Shown: positions 43,604 through 52,258, counted from the stretch's first letter. The stretch is 64,000 nucleotides of DNA from Vicinamibacterales bacterium (GCA_965242835.1 OZ251506.1:3907860-3971859), one strand, 5' to 3'. Numbers and translations: made by a program. Notes: generated by a model not told the origin, from the letters alone.

Positions 43604-43825
43604 CGATCCGCTTCGATCGGGAGCAGGTCCAGCGCTGCTACGACCGGCATACCGCGGCCTTCCTGCGCCACGGCCAGGGCGGCGGCGCGGGAGCCATCCA
43701 CCGGGAGACGGGACCGGGGCGCCGATGACGATCCGCTTCGATCGGGAGCAGGTCCAGCGCTACTACGACCGGCATACCGCGGCCTTCCTGCGCTACGGCC
43801 AGGGCGGCGGCGCGGGAGCCATCCA
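43576..43825. repeat. 125-bp tandem duplication spanning the FkbM stop / methyltransferase start junction
   Basis: 43576-43700 and 43701-43825 differ at 2 positions. Each carries gccgATGAcgatccgcttcgatcgg. The first copy yields a 42-codon ORF (43600..43728, MTIRFDREQVQRCYDRHTAAFLRHGQGGGAGAIHRETGPGRR). Confidence 0.9.
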
Positions 43826-44615
43826 CCGCGCCGTGTGGGGGCCGGGCGTCGAGACCCGCGCGGCGGCGTTCCACTACGTGGAGGACCGCATCGCCGAGCA
43901 GCTCGACGGCCCGCGGGGCGCCGCCGAACCGACGGTCGTCGACCTCGGCTGCGGCGTCGGCGGCAGCCTCCTCCATCTCGCCGCGCGGCTCCCGATCCGC
44001 GGCGTCGGCGTCACGCTGAGTCCGGTGCAGGCGCGGCTGGCGGCCGGGCGCATCCGCGCCGCCGGCCTCGACGGCCGCATCCGCTGCGTCGTGGGCGACT
44101 ACGCCGACCCCGGCCTCGACCTGCCGGCCGCCGACCTCGCCTACGCGATCGAGTCGTTCGTCCACGGACCCGACCCCGCCGCCTTCTTCGCCCAGTGCGC
44201 CCGGGTGGTCCGGCCGGGGGGCCTGCTGATGGTCTGCGACGACGTGCTGCGCCCCGCCGGGGGGCGCCGCGCCCGCCGCGCCGTCGACCGCTTCCGCCGC
44301 GGGTGGCGCGTCAACGCCCTGCCGGACCGGGACGGGCTGCGCGCGCTGGCCGCGGCGGCGGGGTTCGAGCACGTCGCGACGCGCGACCTGACGCCGTTCC
44401 TCGAGCTGGACCGGCCGCGCGACCGGGCGCTCGGGCTGCTCGCGGCGCTGGCCGGGTGGCTCCCCGCCGAGGCGCGCCTGGGCCACCTGACCGGCGGCGC
44501 CGCGCTCCGCGCGTGTCTGCGGCGCGGCTGGATCGGCTACGATCTCGCGCTGTTCCGAAACGTCGGCGGCCCGCCCCCGCCCGCTGCCTCCACAGCCAGT
44601 CCGGGCAGGTCATGA
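43725..44615 (+). CDS. class I SAM-dependent methyltransferase
   Basis: VVDLGCGVGGSLLHLA (motif I), ...AYAIESFVH..., VVRPGGLLMVCD. Confidence 0.8.
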   Translation: MTIRFDREQVQRYYDRHTAAFLRYGQGGGAGAIHRAVWGPGVETRAAAFHYVEDRIAEQLDGPRGAAEPTVVDLGCGVGGSLLHLAARLPIRGVGVTLSPVQARLAAGRIRAAGLDGRIRCVVGDYADPGLDLPAADLAYAIESFVHGPDPAAFFAQCARVVRPGGLLMVCDDVLRPAGGRRARRAVDRFRRGWRVNALPDRDGLRALAAAAGFEHVATRDLTPFLELDRPRDRALGLLAALAGWLPAEARLGHLTGGAALRACLRRGWIGYDLALFRNVGGPPPPAASTASPGRS

Positions 44616-44726
44616 TCATCATGTTCCGCAGCGTCGGCGGCACGACCCCGCCCGCTGCCCGCCGCCCCGTCCCGCAACGGACCGCGCGGGCCGGGACGGA
44701 TTCCGATCGCGCGTGGGTCACGCCCG

Positions 44727-45533
44727 ATGCCTGAAGACCCGATCCCCTGGTGGCATGCGCTGACCGGTCCCGAGGCGCAGCGCGTCGCCGGGCGCGACCC
44801 GGTACTGGTGCTGCCGCTGGCCGCCGTCGAACAGCACGGCCCCCACCTGCCGCTCTCCACCGACGTCGACGTCGGACGCGGCCTGCTGGCGCGCGCCGCC
44901 GCCCGGCTGCCGGCCGACTTCCCGCTCCGGGTGCTGCCGCTGCTGCCGGTCGGGGCCAGCACGGAGCACGCGCATCCGGGGCTGGCCGGCACCCTGCACC
45001 TCGAATCCGGCGACCTCGCGGCGGTCGTCGCGCGCATCGGCGCGGCGCTGGCCGGGTACGGCGTCCGGCGCCTCGTCCTGAGCAACAGCCACGGCGGCAA
45101 CCGGCACGCCATGGAGACGGCGGGCCTGCGGCTGCGCCGCGAGCACGGGCTGCTGGTCGTCAAGGCGACGTACTTCGCGTTCGAGCGGCCGCCGGACGTC
45201 GACCTGCCGGAAGCCGAGTGGCGGCACGGACTGCACGGCGGCGCGGTCGAGACCGCGATGATGCTGCACCTGCACCCGGAGCGCGTCCGGACCGGACACG
45301 CGGCGCGCTTCGCGTCGCTGGGCGAGGAGCTCGAGGCGGCCGGTTCGCGGATCCTGCCGGAGGGGCCGGCGGCGTTCTCGTGGCTGGCCGGCGACCTCCA
45401 CCGGGCCGGCGCCGCCGGAGACGCCCGTCTCGCCACCGCGGAGATGGGCCGGCGGCTGGTGGAACACTACGGCGACGCGCTGGCGGCGATCATCCGCGAC
45501 GCCCGGGCGTTTCCGCTGGAACGGCTCGCCTGA
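44727..45533 (+). CDS. creatininase-family amidohydrolase
   Basis: ...VLVLPLAAVEQHGPHLPLSTD..., VLSNSHGGN and HGGAVETAMMLHL: the metal-binding motifs of the creatininase/ArfB/MftE family. Confidence 0.8.
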   Translation: MPEDPIPWWHALTGPEAQRVAGRDPVLVLPLAAVEQHGPHLPLSTDVDVGRGLLARAAARLPADFPLRVLPLLPVGASTEHAHPGLAGTLHLESGDLAAVVARIGAALAGYGVRRLVLSNSHGGNRHAMETAGLRLRREHGLLVVKATYFAFERPPDVDLPEAEWRHGLHGGAVETAMMLHLHPERVRTGHAARFASLGEELEAAGSRILPEGPAAFSWLAGDLHRAGAAGDARLATAEMGRRLVEHYGDALAAIIRDARAFPLERLA

Positions 45534-45619
45534 TCCGGCGGCGCGCCCCGCCCGGGTCCGAACGGCCCGCGGCGGCGCCGGACCGTGCGAACCGGAGCCG
45601 CCGCGCGGCGCCCGGGGGT

Positions 45620-46744
45620 CTACTTGGGGGAAGGCGTGCCGGACAGCATGTCCGCGAGCCAGTGGCCGGCGCGCTGCATCTTCGCCTTCACGTACGGCAG
45701 GTTGTGGCGGTTGAGCGTGCCGTACAGGGGGCGGCGGTCCTGCACGTCGATGCCCCCGGCCCGCAGCGCCTCCACCTTGGCCGGGTTGTTCGTCAGCAGC
45801 TTCACCCGCTGCACGCCGAGGGCCTTCAGCATCTCGACCGCCGCGACGTACTCCCGCTCGTCGGCCCCGAAGCCGAGCACGCCGTCGGCGTCCACCGTGT
45901 CGAGGCCGTGCTCCTGCTGCAGCGTGTAGGCCCGGAGCTTGTTGGCCAGCCCGATGTCGCGCCCCTCCTGGCCCATGTAGAGCAGCACGCCGCCCCCGGA
46001 GCCGGCGAAGTGGCGCAGGCTGCCGCGCAACTGCTCGCCGCAGTCGCAACGCAGGCTGCCGAAGAGGTCGCCCGTCAGGCACGCCGAGTGGATGCGGACC
46101 GGCGCCGGGTCCGGCCAGTCGCGCCGGCGCCCCACCAGCACCGCCACGTGGCCGAGCAGTCCGTGCGCCTCGCGGAAGAAGACGAAGCGGGCGTACTCGG
46201 CCTCGGCCAGCGGCACCGGCCCTTCGCTGACCTGCGTGACGCGCACGTCCACGCTGCCGGCCAGCTCGTCGATCTGCGCGCGGGTCACCGACAGCGCGGC
46301 GCCGCTGGCGATGCGCTCGCGCAGCGTCCGCGAGCGCGCGGGGTCGGCGGGCACGCTGACCACCGCCGGGAGCAGGCGGCCGAGCCGCGCCAGCATGAGG
46401 CCCCCGATCTCGACGGCGGTCGCGCGCCGCACGTCCCCGGGGCGGATCGAGAAGCGGCCCTGCTCCATCGCGAGCTGCAGGATGCGTTCCGGGCCCTCCC
46501 CGTTCAGCGAGAGGCTGACGCCGTGCGCCCCTTCCACGGCGGCGGGAACCAGCCCCATCGACGTCGCCCGGTGGCGCGTCACCACCAGGCGCAACGGCCC
46601 TTCCGCGCGCAGCGTCTCCAGGGCCCGGTCGCTCAGGCCGTCCACCGTGGCGATCAGCGCGTCCGGCTCGCCGGCCGCCGTGACGTGCACGGACCGTCCC
46701 TGCCGCAAGTCGAACAGCGCGCGTTCCGCGTCGTGATTCCCCAT
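45620..46744 (-). CDS. ribA: GTP cyclohydrolase II with a ~170-aa N-terminal extension
   Basis: VRIHSACLTGDLFGSLRCDCGEQL (zinc Cys triad), LLYMGQEGRDIGLANKLRAYTLQ, VKLLTNNPAKV. Confidence 0.8.
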   Translation of the reverse strand: MGNHDAERALFDLRQGRSVHVTAAGEPDALIATVDGLSDRALETLRAEGPLRLVVTRHRATSMGLVPAAVEGAHGVSLSLNGEGPERILQLAMEQGRFSIRPGDVRRATAVEIGGLMLARLGRLLPAVVSVPADPARSRTLRERIASGAALSVTRAQIDELAGSVDVRVTQVSEGPVPLAEAEYARFVFFREAHGLLGHVAVLVGRRRDWPDPAPVRIHSACLTGDLFGSLRCDCGEQLRGSLRHFAGSGGGVLLYMGQEGRDIGLANKLRAYTLQQEHGLDTVDADGVLGFGADEREYVAAVEMLKALGVQRVKLLTNNPAKVEALRAGGIDVQDRRPLYGTLNRHNLPYVKAKMQRAGHWLADMLSGTPSPK

Positions 46745-46781
46745 GCGTCGTGGCCGTTTCCTGCTGTTACTCTAGCAGCCC

Positions 46782-47855
46782 TTGACAAGCGACCCGCCGG
46801 AACCGGACCTCCGCTCCCCCGCCGACGAGCTCCCGCTGCTGGACGAAGACGCCGCCTGGCGCCTGGTCCGCGCCGTCCGGCCGGGGGGCGGGGGCCTCGC
46901 GCGCGGGCATGATCGCAAGCCGGACGTCCCGCTGCAAGTGTATCCGTCCGGCGCCTGGAACACGAAGGCGCGGCTGACCGGCGCGGCGCGTCAGGTCTTC
47001 GACCTGTTCCTCCCGCTGCAGGCGCGGGCCGACCTGGTCGTCGCCCAGGCCGGTCAGAGTCTCGACGGCCGCATCGCCACGGCCGCCGGGCATTCGCACT
47101 ACGTGACCGGCCCCGGCGACATCCGGCGTCTCCACCGGCTGCGGGCGCTGGTCGACGCCGTGATCGTGGGGGCCGGCGCAGTCGCCGCCGACGACCCCCG
47201 GCTGACGGTGCGGGAAGCGGACGGCGACAACCCGCTACGCGTCGTCATCGACCCGAACGGCCGCCTCGACCGGTCGCGGCGGGTCTTCCGCGACGGGGCG
47301 GCTCCGACGGTGGTGATCCGGCGCGCCCCGGACGCGGGTCCGGGGAGGCCGCCCCCGGAACGGGACGCGCCTCCGCGCGGCACGGGCGCGGAGCTCGGCG
47401 GCGGAGACGAGCTCCCTCTCGGCGTCGCGGGTCCGCGCGGCGCGGGCGCGGAGGCGCGACGCGCGCCGTCCGAGCGCCCCGCTCCGCGCGGCGCGGGCGC
47501 GGAGCGCGTCGACGTCGTCGAGCTGCCGTGCGGCCCTTGCGGAACCATCGATCCGCGCGACGTCCTGGCGGCGCTCCGGGAACGCGGCTGCCGCCGTTTC
47601 CTGATCGAGGGCGGCGGCGTCACCGTCTCGCGGTTCTTGGCCGCCGGCGCGGTGGACCGGCTGCACGTTGCGGTGGCGCCGCTGTTGATCGGCTCCGGCC
47701 GGCCGGCCTTCACCCTGACGCCGATCGCCACCCTGGAGCAGGCGCTCCGCCCCGCGTGCCGGGTGTTTCGCCTGGGCGACGACGTGCTCTTCGACCTCGA
47801 CCTGCGCTCCCCGGCGCCGCCGGCGGGGCCGGCAGGTCGAGGCGGCCCACGGTGA
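46782..47855 (+). CDS. RibD C-terminal-domain (DHFR-like reductase) family protein with a repeat-derived insert
   Basis: ...AQAGQSLDGRIATAAGHSHYVTG..DIRRLHRLRALVDAVIVGAGAVAADDPRLTV...FLIEGGGVTVSRFLAAGAVDRLHVAVAPLLIG. The TTG start at 46782 is uncertain (no in-frame ATG). Confidence 0.7.
   Translation: MTSDPPEPDLRSPADELPLLDEDAAWRLVRAVRPGGGGLARGHDRKPDVPLQVYPSGAWNTKARLTGAARQVFDLFLPLQARADLVVAQAGQSLDGRIATAAGHSHYVTGPGDIRRLHRLRALVDAVIVGAGAVAADDPRLTVREADGDNPLRVVIDPNGRLDRSRRVFRDGAAPTVVIRRAPDAGPGRPPPERDAPPRGTGAELGGGDELPLGVAGPRGAGAEARRAPSERPAPRGAGAERVDVVELPCGPCGTIDPRDVLAALRERGCRRFLIEGGGVTVSRFLAAGAVDRLHVAVAPLLIGSGRPAFTLTPIATLEQALRPACRVFRLGDDVLFDLDLRSPAPPAGPAGRGGPR
47371..47504. repeat. three 23-nt palindromic repeats inside the ribD-C-like gene
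   Basis: CTCCGCGCGGC[A/G]CGGGCGCGGAG at 47371, 47431 (begins GTCC) and 47482. 8-bp inverted arms CTCCGCGC/GCGCGGAG. Spacing 60 and 51 bp. In frame (PRG[TA]GAE x3). Confidence 0.85.
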
Positions 47856-47926
47856 GGCCGGCTCCGGGGCGGCTTCGAAAAGCGGGGCGGTTGACCGACG
47901 AGAGTCCGAGCCGCCATGATGGCGGC

Positions 47927-48303
47927 GTGCGGACACGGAACCTGTCGTTCCGGCGCGGCGGCGTCCTCGTGCTGTCGACGCTGGTCGCCCTCGCCGGTCT
48001 TCACTGGACGGGCGTGGCGCAACCGGTCGCCGCCGCGCAGACGTCCGACATCCGAACGCGCGCCGAACAAGGCGACGCAGGCGCGCAGAACAACCTGGGG
48101 GTCATGTATGCCCTTGGACAGGGTGTCCCACGGGACTACCGAGAGGCCGTGCGATGGTTCCGACGCGCCGCTGAACAAGGAAACGCCAACGCACAGAACA
48201 ACCTGGGGTTTTCGTTATTCCAACGGACGGGGCGTCCCACGGGACTACCGAGAGGCCGTGCGATGGTTCCGACGCGCCGCTGAACAAGGAAACGCCAACG
48301 CAC
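47927..48303 (+). pseudogene. Sel1-repeat protein, frameshifted and 3'-truncated
   Basis: GTG 47927: signal-like N-terminus, AEQGDAGAQNNLGVMYALGQGVPRDYREAVRWFRRAAEQGNANAQNNLGF. The next repeat (SNGRGVPRDYREAVRWFRRAAEQGNANAQ) continues only in another frame (shift near 48205-48215). Coding ends abruptly at the low-GC patch at ~48303. Confidence 0.65.
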
Positions 48304-48573
48304 AACCAACTCGAACTTGCAAAACCTTTTCAATCCCAAACTCAAGAGCCGCCTTGCTCAATCGTGGTGGCTCCTGAAGTTCTCGAACGATCTGGTTCTC
48401 GTGGAAAGGCTCCACTTGGCGAACCATGTTCATCTCCGGATCGAAATCTTGCGGCCCCATCTCGTCCCCAATATAACAGATCTTGCAGCAGCGTCATTGG
48501 CGTCTCGGCCGTCTCGGCCCGATCGTGAACATCGTGAACAAGCTCGTGAACTACGCGCCGACTCGCCGCGCGC

Positions 48574-49149
48574 ATGTCCTCGTCGCAGATCGCCGAGGCC
48601 CAACGGCTGGCGCGAGAGTGGCGGCCTCCTCCCTGCGGCCGCGCGGGGCGTGGCGCGCGACGACGCCAGCGACTTGGCTCTGCTCGACGGGCCGCCGCCC
48701 CGCGCGGTCGCGTCCTTCCGCGCGGGGCGGGGCATCGGCCCGGTGCCGAAGTGATCGTGGTCGGCTATCCGTTGTACGGCCTGCTCGCCTCCGGGGCGAA
48801 CGTCACGCGCGGCAACGTCAGCGCACTCGCTGGTCCGGGCGACGACCGCCGGCTCTGTCCAGATGACCGCGCCCGTGCAGCCGGGAAACAGCGGCGGTCC
48901 GGTCCTCTACCTCGCCGGGCGTGTCGTCGGCGTCGCCGTGGCCCGGCTCGACGCCCCAAGCCGTCGCCCGTGCCCACAGGCACCCTTCCGCAGAACGTCA
49001 ATTTCGCCGTCGGCGTCGGCACGGTTCGGGCGTTCCTCGACGCCGAGGGCGTGCCGTACGAGACGGCGCCCGCGGACGACGCGCTCGGGGCGGAACGCGT
49101 CGCCGCGGACGCGCGGCCCTTCACCGTGCCGGTCGAATGCCGGCAGTGA
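48574..49149 (+). pseudogene. trypsin-like (S1/DegP-type) serine protease remnant, multiple frameshifts and an internal deletion
   Basis: Fragments lie in three frames: SSSQIAEAQRLAREW; DASDLALLDG...FRAGRGI; AEVIVVGYPLYGLLASGANVTRGNVSAL; MTAPVQPGNSGGPVLYLAGRVVGVAV (catalytic Ser motif); PQNVNFAVGVGTVRAFLDAEGV. No His-motif region is left. Confidence 0.65.
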
Positions 49150-49224
49150 CGGTCCCCGAGTCGGTGACGGCAATGCAGGATCGGGCGTGCGGCCTGCCGC
49201 GCGCGGCTTGACGCGCCGATTGGC

Positions 49225-49893
49225 ATGAATCATGCTTCAGGCAGCGGCATGCAGTCGCTCATCCGGGTCACCGCGTTCGTCGACTGGAACACCCAGATTC
49301 GCAAGGTGGACGCCGCCGAGGGCGAGCGGCCCCACGTTCGCGCCGGACGAGCGCTGAGACGCACGGTGCGGGTCATCGGCAAGGTGCTGGCGGAACGGAA
49401 TCCATCGGCCCGGTTCAGGGTCGGCCTTCGCGTCTACCACGGCTGGTACAAGGGCTTCGAGCCGACCGAGAATCGAAAGGCCATGGCGGCGGTGGTCGCG
49501 GAAACCGACTTCGCCGATCTGTCGCCGAGTCCGAGCGTGGACGTTTCGCCGGACGTGCGCTACGGCGACGATCTTCTGGCGGCGCTGCCGGAACGACGCC
49601 ACGTCCGGCCCGCGATCCATCTCCCCGCCACGCTGCGCCGCCCGGACAGGAACTCGCCGTGGGTCGAGAAGATGGTCGATACGGCGCTGGCCGCCGACCT
49701 GCTGGCCCTGGCCCGGGACGAACCGCGCGACTGGGCGCTCGTCCTGTCGGAAGACGACGACGTGGCGCCGCCCGTGTTCGCGGCCGAAGCGTGGATGAAG
49801 CCGCACGGCGGCCGGACGTTCATCGTGCGGACCCGCGGAAGCAGCCGGAACTTCCTCAAGCTCGACGGTCTTCTCGCAGAGGTGACGCCATGA
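49225..49893 (+). CDS. NYN/PIN-like (LabA-like) predicted ribonuclease-domain protein
   Basis: IRVTAFVDWNTQ..., EKMVDTALAADLLALA and WALVLSEDDDVAPPV: three acidic clusters in NYN order. The TGA overlaps the ATG of the next gene (ATGA at 49890-49893). An alternative start lies at ATG 49249. Confidence 0.65.
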   Translation: MNHASGSGMQSLIRVTAFVDWNTQIRKVDAAEGERPHVRAGRALRRTVRVIGKVLAERNPSARFRVGLRVYHGWYKGFEPTENRKAMAAVVAETDFADLSPSPSVDVSPDVRYGDDLLAALPERRHVRPAIHLPATLRRPDRNSPWVEKMVDTALAADLLALARDEPRDWALVLSEDDDVAPPVFAAEAWMKPHGGRTFIVRTRGSSRNFLKLDGLLAEVTP

Positions 49894-52166
49894 CTCCCGA
49901 GCGGTTTCTCGACGAACTCGCGCTGTTCGCCGACCTCGGCGCCGACCCGCCGCGCCTGACCGGCGACGGAGATCGCTTTGCGATCAGGTTGTGGCGCGGC
50001 GGCGAGGAGGTGGAACTCGAGTTCGGCGCCGCCGACGCCGGCCGCATCGTCGAGCGCACGATCGGCACGCTCGACAGCGGAGAACGGCGTACGCGTACGC
50101 ATGCGTCGTACGCCGCCCTGCTCGCGTCGGAGAAATTCGGAAACCTGCGCAGGTGGGCGGACGCCCAGAAAGCGTTCCTGGAATCCCGTCTGAAGTCGCT
50201 CGACCGGAATCTCGTAAACGGCGTGTTTTCCGAGGACGGCGCGCCGGCCGGCCTCGAAGCGGTGGACGACGCCCTGGCGACCCCGGAACGCCGGGACGCC
50301 CAATCGGTCCAGGTGCTGTTGATCGACGGCCCGGCGGGCATCGGGAAGACGAAGTTCATCGAGCACCTTGCGCTGTCCCGGGCGGCGAATTTCAAGAGGA
50401 CCGGGCGTCCGCTGATCCTGCACGTCCAGAGCCGCGGCCGCGTGCTGACCTTTCTTCAGGACCTGATCGCGTTCAGCCTGCAAACGTTGCGGCTCGGCGT
50501 CACCTACGATCAGGCGCCGGTGCTGGCGCGGCACGGCCTCATCGCGATCGCCATCGACGGCTTCGACGAGCTCGGCGACCCGAACGGCTACGACCTAGCC
50601 TGGGGGCAGGTGAACGAACTCGTCAACCAGGTTCGCGGAGGAGGAACCCTCGTTCTGGCCGGCCGCGAGACGTTCATCGGCCGCGAACGCCTGCTCCGCG
50701 AGGTCAGTTCCCTGTCCGAGGATCGGGACGCGGTTCGCGCGCTGTCGTTGCAACCGCCGAATCCGTCGGCGGCGAAGGAATGGCTCGAGCGCCACGACTG
50801 GTCCCGCGAGGACCTCGGCCGCACGGCCGAATTGTTCGAGGACGGCAGCTATGCCCTGCGGCCGTTCTTCCTGGCCCAGCTCGCGGACGGCGAAACGGCC
50901 GCCGCCGTCCGGAAGGCGGCCGCGGGCAGTCCGCTTCTTCCCTTTCTCGTCGATCTGATGATCGAGCGCGAGGCGTCCAAGTTCGGTGAAAGGGTCGAAA
51001 ACGTCATGTCCGACGGCGAGCGCCGTGCCTTCGTCAGGGCGTTCCTTCGGGAGGTCGCGCGCAACATGGCGGACGATCAGACCGAGGCGCTCGACGATTC
51101 GATGATCTCCTGGCTGGTGGAGATCGCCGTGCCGGACGGGATGTCCGCGGAGGTGACGGCGCTTCTCAGGAACCGCGCCGCGGTGATGGCGTTCCTGACG
51201 CTCGACGATCGGCCGAAGTACCGGCGTTTCGCGCATTCGCAGTTGCTCAATCACTTCCTCGGCGAGGAAACGGTCGACCGGCTCGCCAAGCGAGAGATGC
51301 CGCGGTACGTCAGGCGGAACATACTGGGCGCGGACTTCCTCTCGGTGTTCGGCGATCTCACGGCGCATCTGGCCGACTCGGACCCGGAGCGGATTCGAAA
51401 CTGTTTCGACGCGGCGTCGGAGCTGGCGCGCAACTATCTGTGGACCGACCGGGGCGCGCGCAACCTCGGCGGACTGCTGGTTGCCATGCTGCCGGCGATC
51501 GAGGACGCGGAGAACCTTCAGCTCGAGGACCTGCACGTCGACGAAGCCCTGTTGCAGGACGTCGCGCCCCCGGCCAGGCTGGTGCGCGTCGTCATGAACC
51601 AGTTCGACGTCCGCGGCGCCGATCTCCGGGAGCTGCGCTTCGAAGATGCGACGATCGTGACGCTCATCGGGGACCGCTCCACGCGGATCCCGGCCTCGAT
51701 TCCGGTTCCATCCATCATTCGGAACGAGGGGGACGGCGGAGACCGCTTCATCACTGATCCGGAACCGATTGGCCGGTGGCTCGACAGCCACGGAAGGCGG
51801 CCCGTGGACGACGACGGCGAAACCGGCCACGCCGCTCCGGTGCCCGCCGCCCTGCACGATCACGATCTGGTCAGGCTTCTCGAGCGCGCCTGCCGAAGCA
51901 GGGCGTACTGGATTCCGGAACGGCGCGAAGGAGACGACCGCGGCAACCGGTTCGTGGACGAGGACGAGTGGCCCGAGTTGCGAGATCTCCTGAAGGAACA
52001 CGATCTGGTCAGGGTCGAGAAAAAGGCGTCTTCCGGCCGCGTCAGCGACTTCCTGCACATCGTGAACCGCCGGGAACTGCTGCAAGGGTTGTGGAACGAG
52101 TCCGAAGACCCGAAGGTGAGGGCCTTCTACCGGGAGTTGGTCGAGAGGACGTCGGCGCCGGGATGA
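49890..52166 (+). CDS. NACHT/STAND-type P-loop NTPase (758 aa)
   Basis: Internal ATG 49890 of ORF 49659..52166. Walker A LLIDGPAGIGKTKF (~50328-50351), Walker B GLIAIAIDGFDELGD (~50538-50570), and a long helical C-terminal half including the pentapeptide-like stretch FDVRGADLRELRFEDATIV. Confidence 0.75.
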   Translation: MTPERFLDELALFADLGADPPRLTGDGDRFAIRLWRGGEEVELEFGAADAGRIVERTIGTLDSGERRTRTHASYAALLASEKFGNLRRWADAQKAFLESRLKSLDRNLVNGVFSEDGAPAGLEAVDDALATPERRDAQSVQVLLIDGPAGIGKTKFIEHLALSRAANFKRTGRPLILHVQSRGRVLTFLQDLIAFSLQTLRLGVTYDQAPVLARHGLIAIAIDGFDELGDPNGYDLAWGQVNELVNQVRGGGTLVLAGRETFIGRERLLREVSSLSEDRDAVRALSLQPPNPSAAKEWLERHDWSREDLGRTAELFEDGSYALRPFFLAQLADGETAAAVRKAAAGSPLLPFLVDLMIEREASKFGERVENVMSDGERRAFVRAFLREVARNMADDQTEALDDSMISWLVEIAVPDGMSAEVTALLRNRAAVMAFLTLDDRPKYRRFAHSQLLNHFLGEETVDRLAKREMPRYVRRNILGADFLSVFGDLTAHLADSDPERIRNCFDAASELARNYLWTDRGARNLGGLLVAMLPAIEDAENLQLEDLHVDEALLQDVAPPARLVRVVMNQFDVRGADLRELRFEDATIVTLIGDRSTRIPASIPVPSIIRNEGDGGDRFITDPEPIGRWLDSHGRRPVDDDGETGHAAPVPAALHDHDLVRLLERACRSRAYWIPERREGDDRGNRFVDEDEWPELRDLLKEHDLVRVEKKASSGRVSDFLHIVNRRELLQGLWNESEDPKVRAFYRELVERTSAPG

Positions 52167-52228
52167 TTCGCCGCCGGACGGCGCCCGGCGGCGAAGTGGT
52201 CGTGGTCACCCTTGCGCCTGTTCCGCCC

Positions 52229-52258
52229 TTGACGATCGGCTCTCCTCGTGTGCAGAAT
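52229..52258 (+). promoter_or_regulatory. candidate sigma70-type promoter for the pentapeptide gene
   Basis: TTGACG (52229-52234), 18 nt, CAGAAT (52253-52258). GGGAGG lies 5 nt upstream of GTG 52340. Confidence 0.3.

Noticed and set aside
46745-46800. TTGACA at 46782-46787 as a promoter -35 box
   Set aside because: It coincides with the only candidate (TTG) start of the RibD-C-like ORF in a 37-bp divergent spacer, and no matching -10 was seen. It is ambiguous, so it is not called.
47371-47504. Possible CRISPR array inside the ribD-C-like gene
   Set aside because: It lies inside a coding frame that stays open and is translated into a repeat peptide. There are only three copies. It is treated as an intragenic palindromic repeat.
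48245-48575. Minus-strand ORFs in the low-GC patch (71 and 77 aa)
   Set aside because: They are protein-like in places (CCKICYIGDEMGPQDF...) but broken across frames, with no start context or recognisable family. It is reported only as part of the decayed region.
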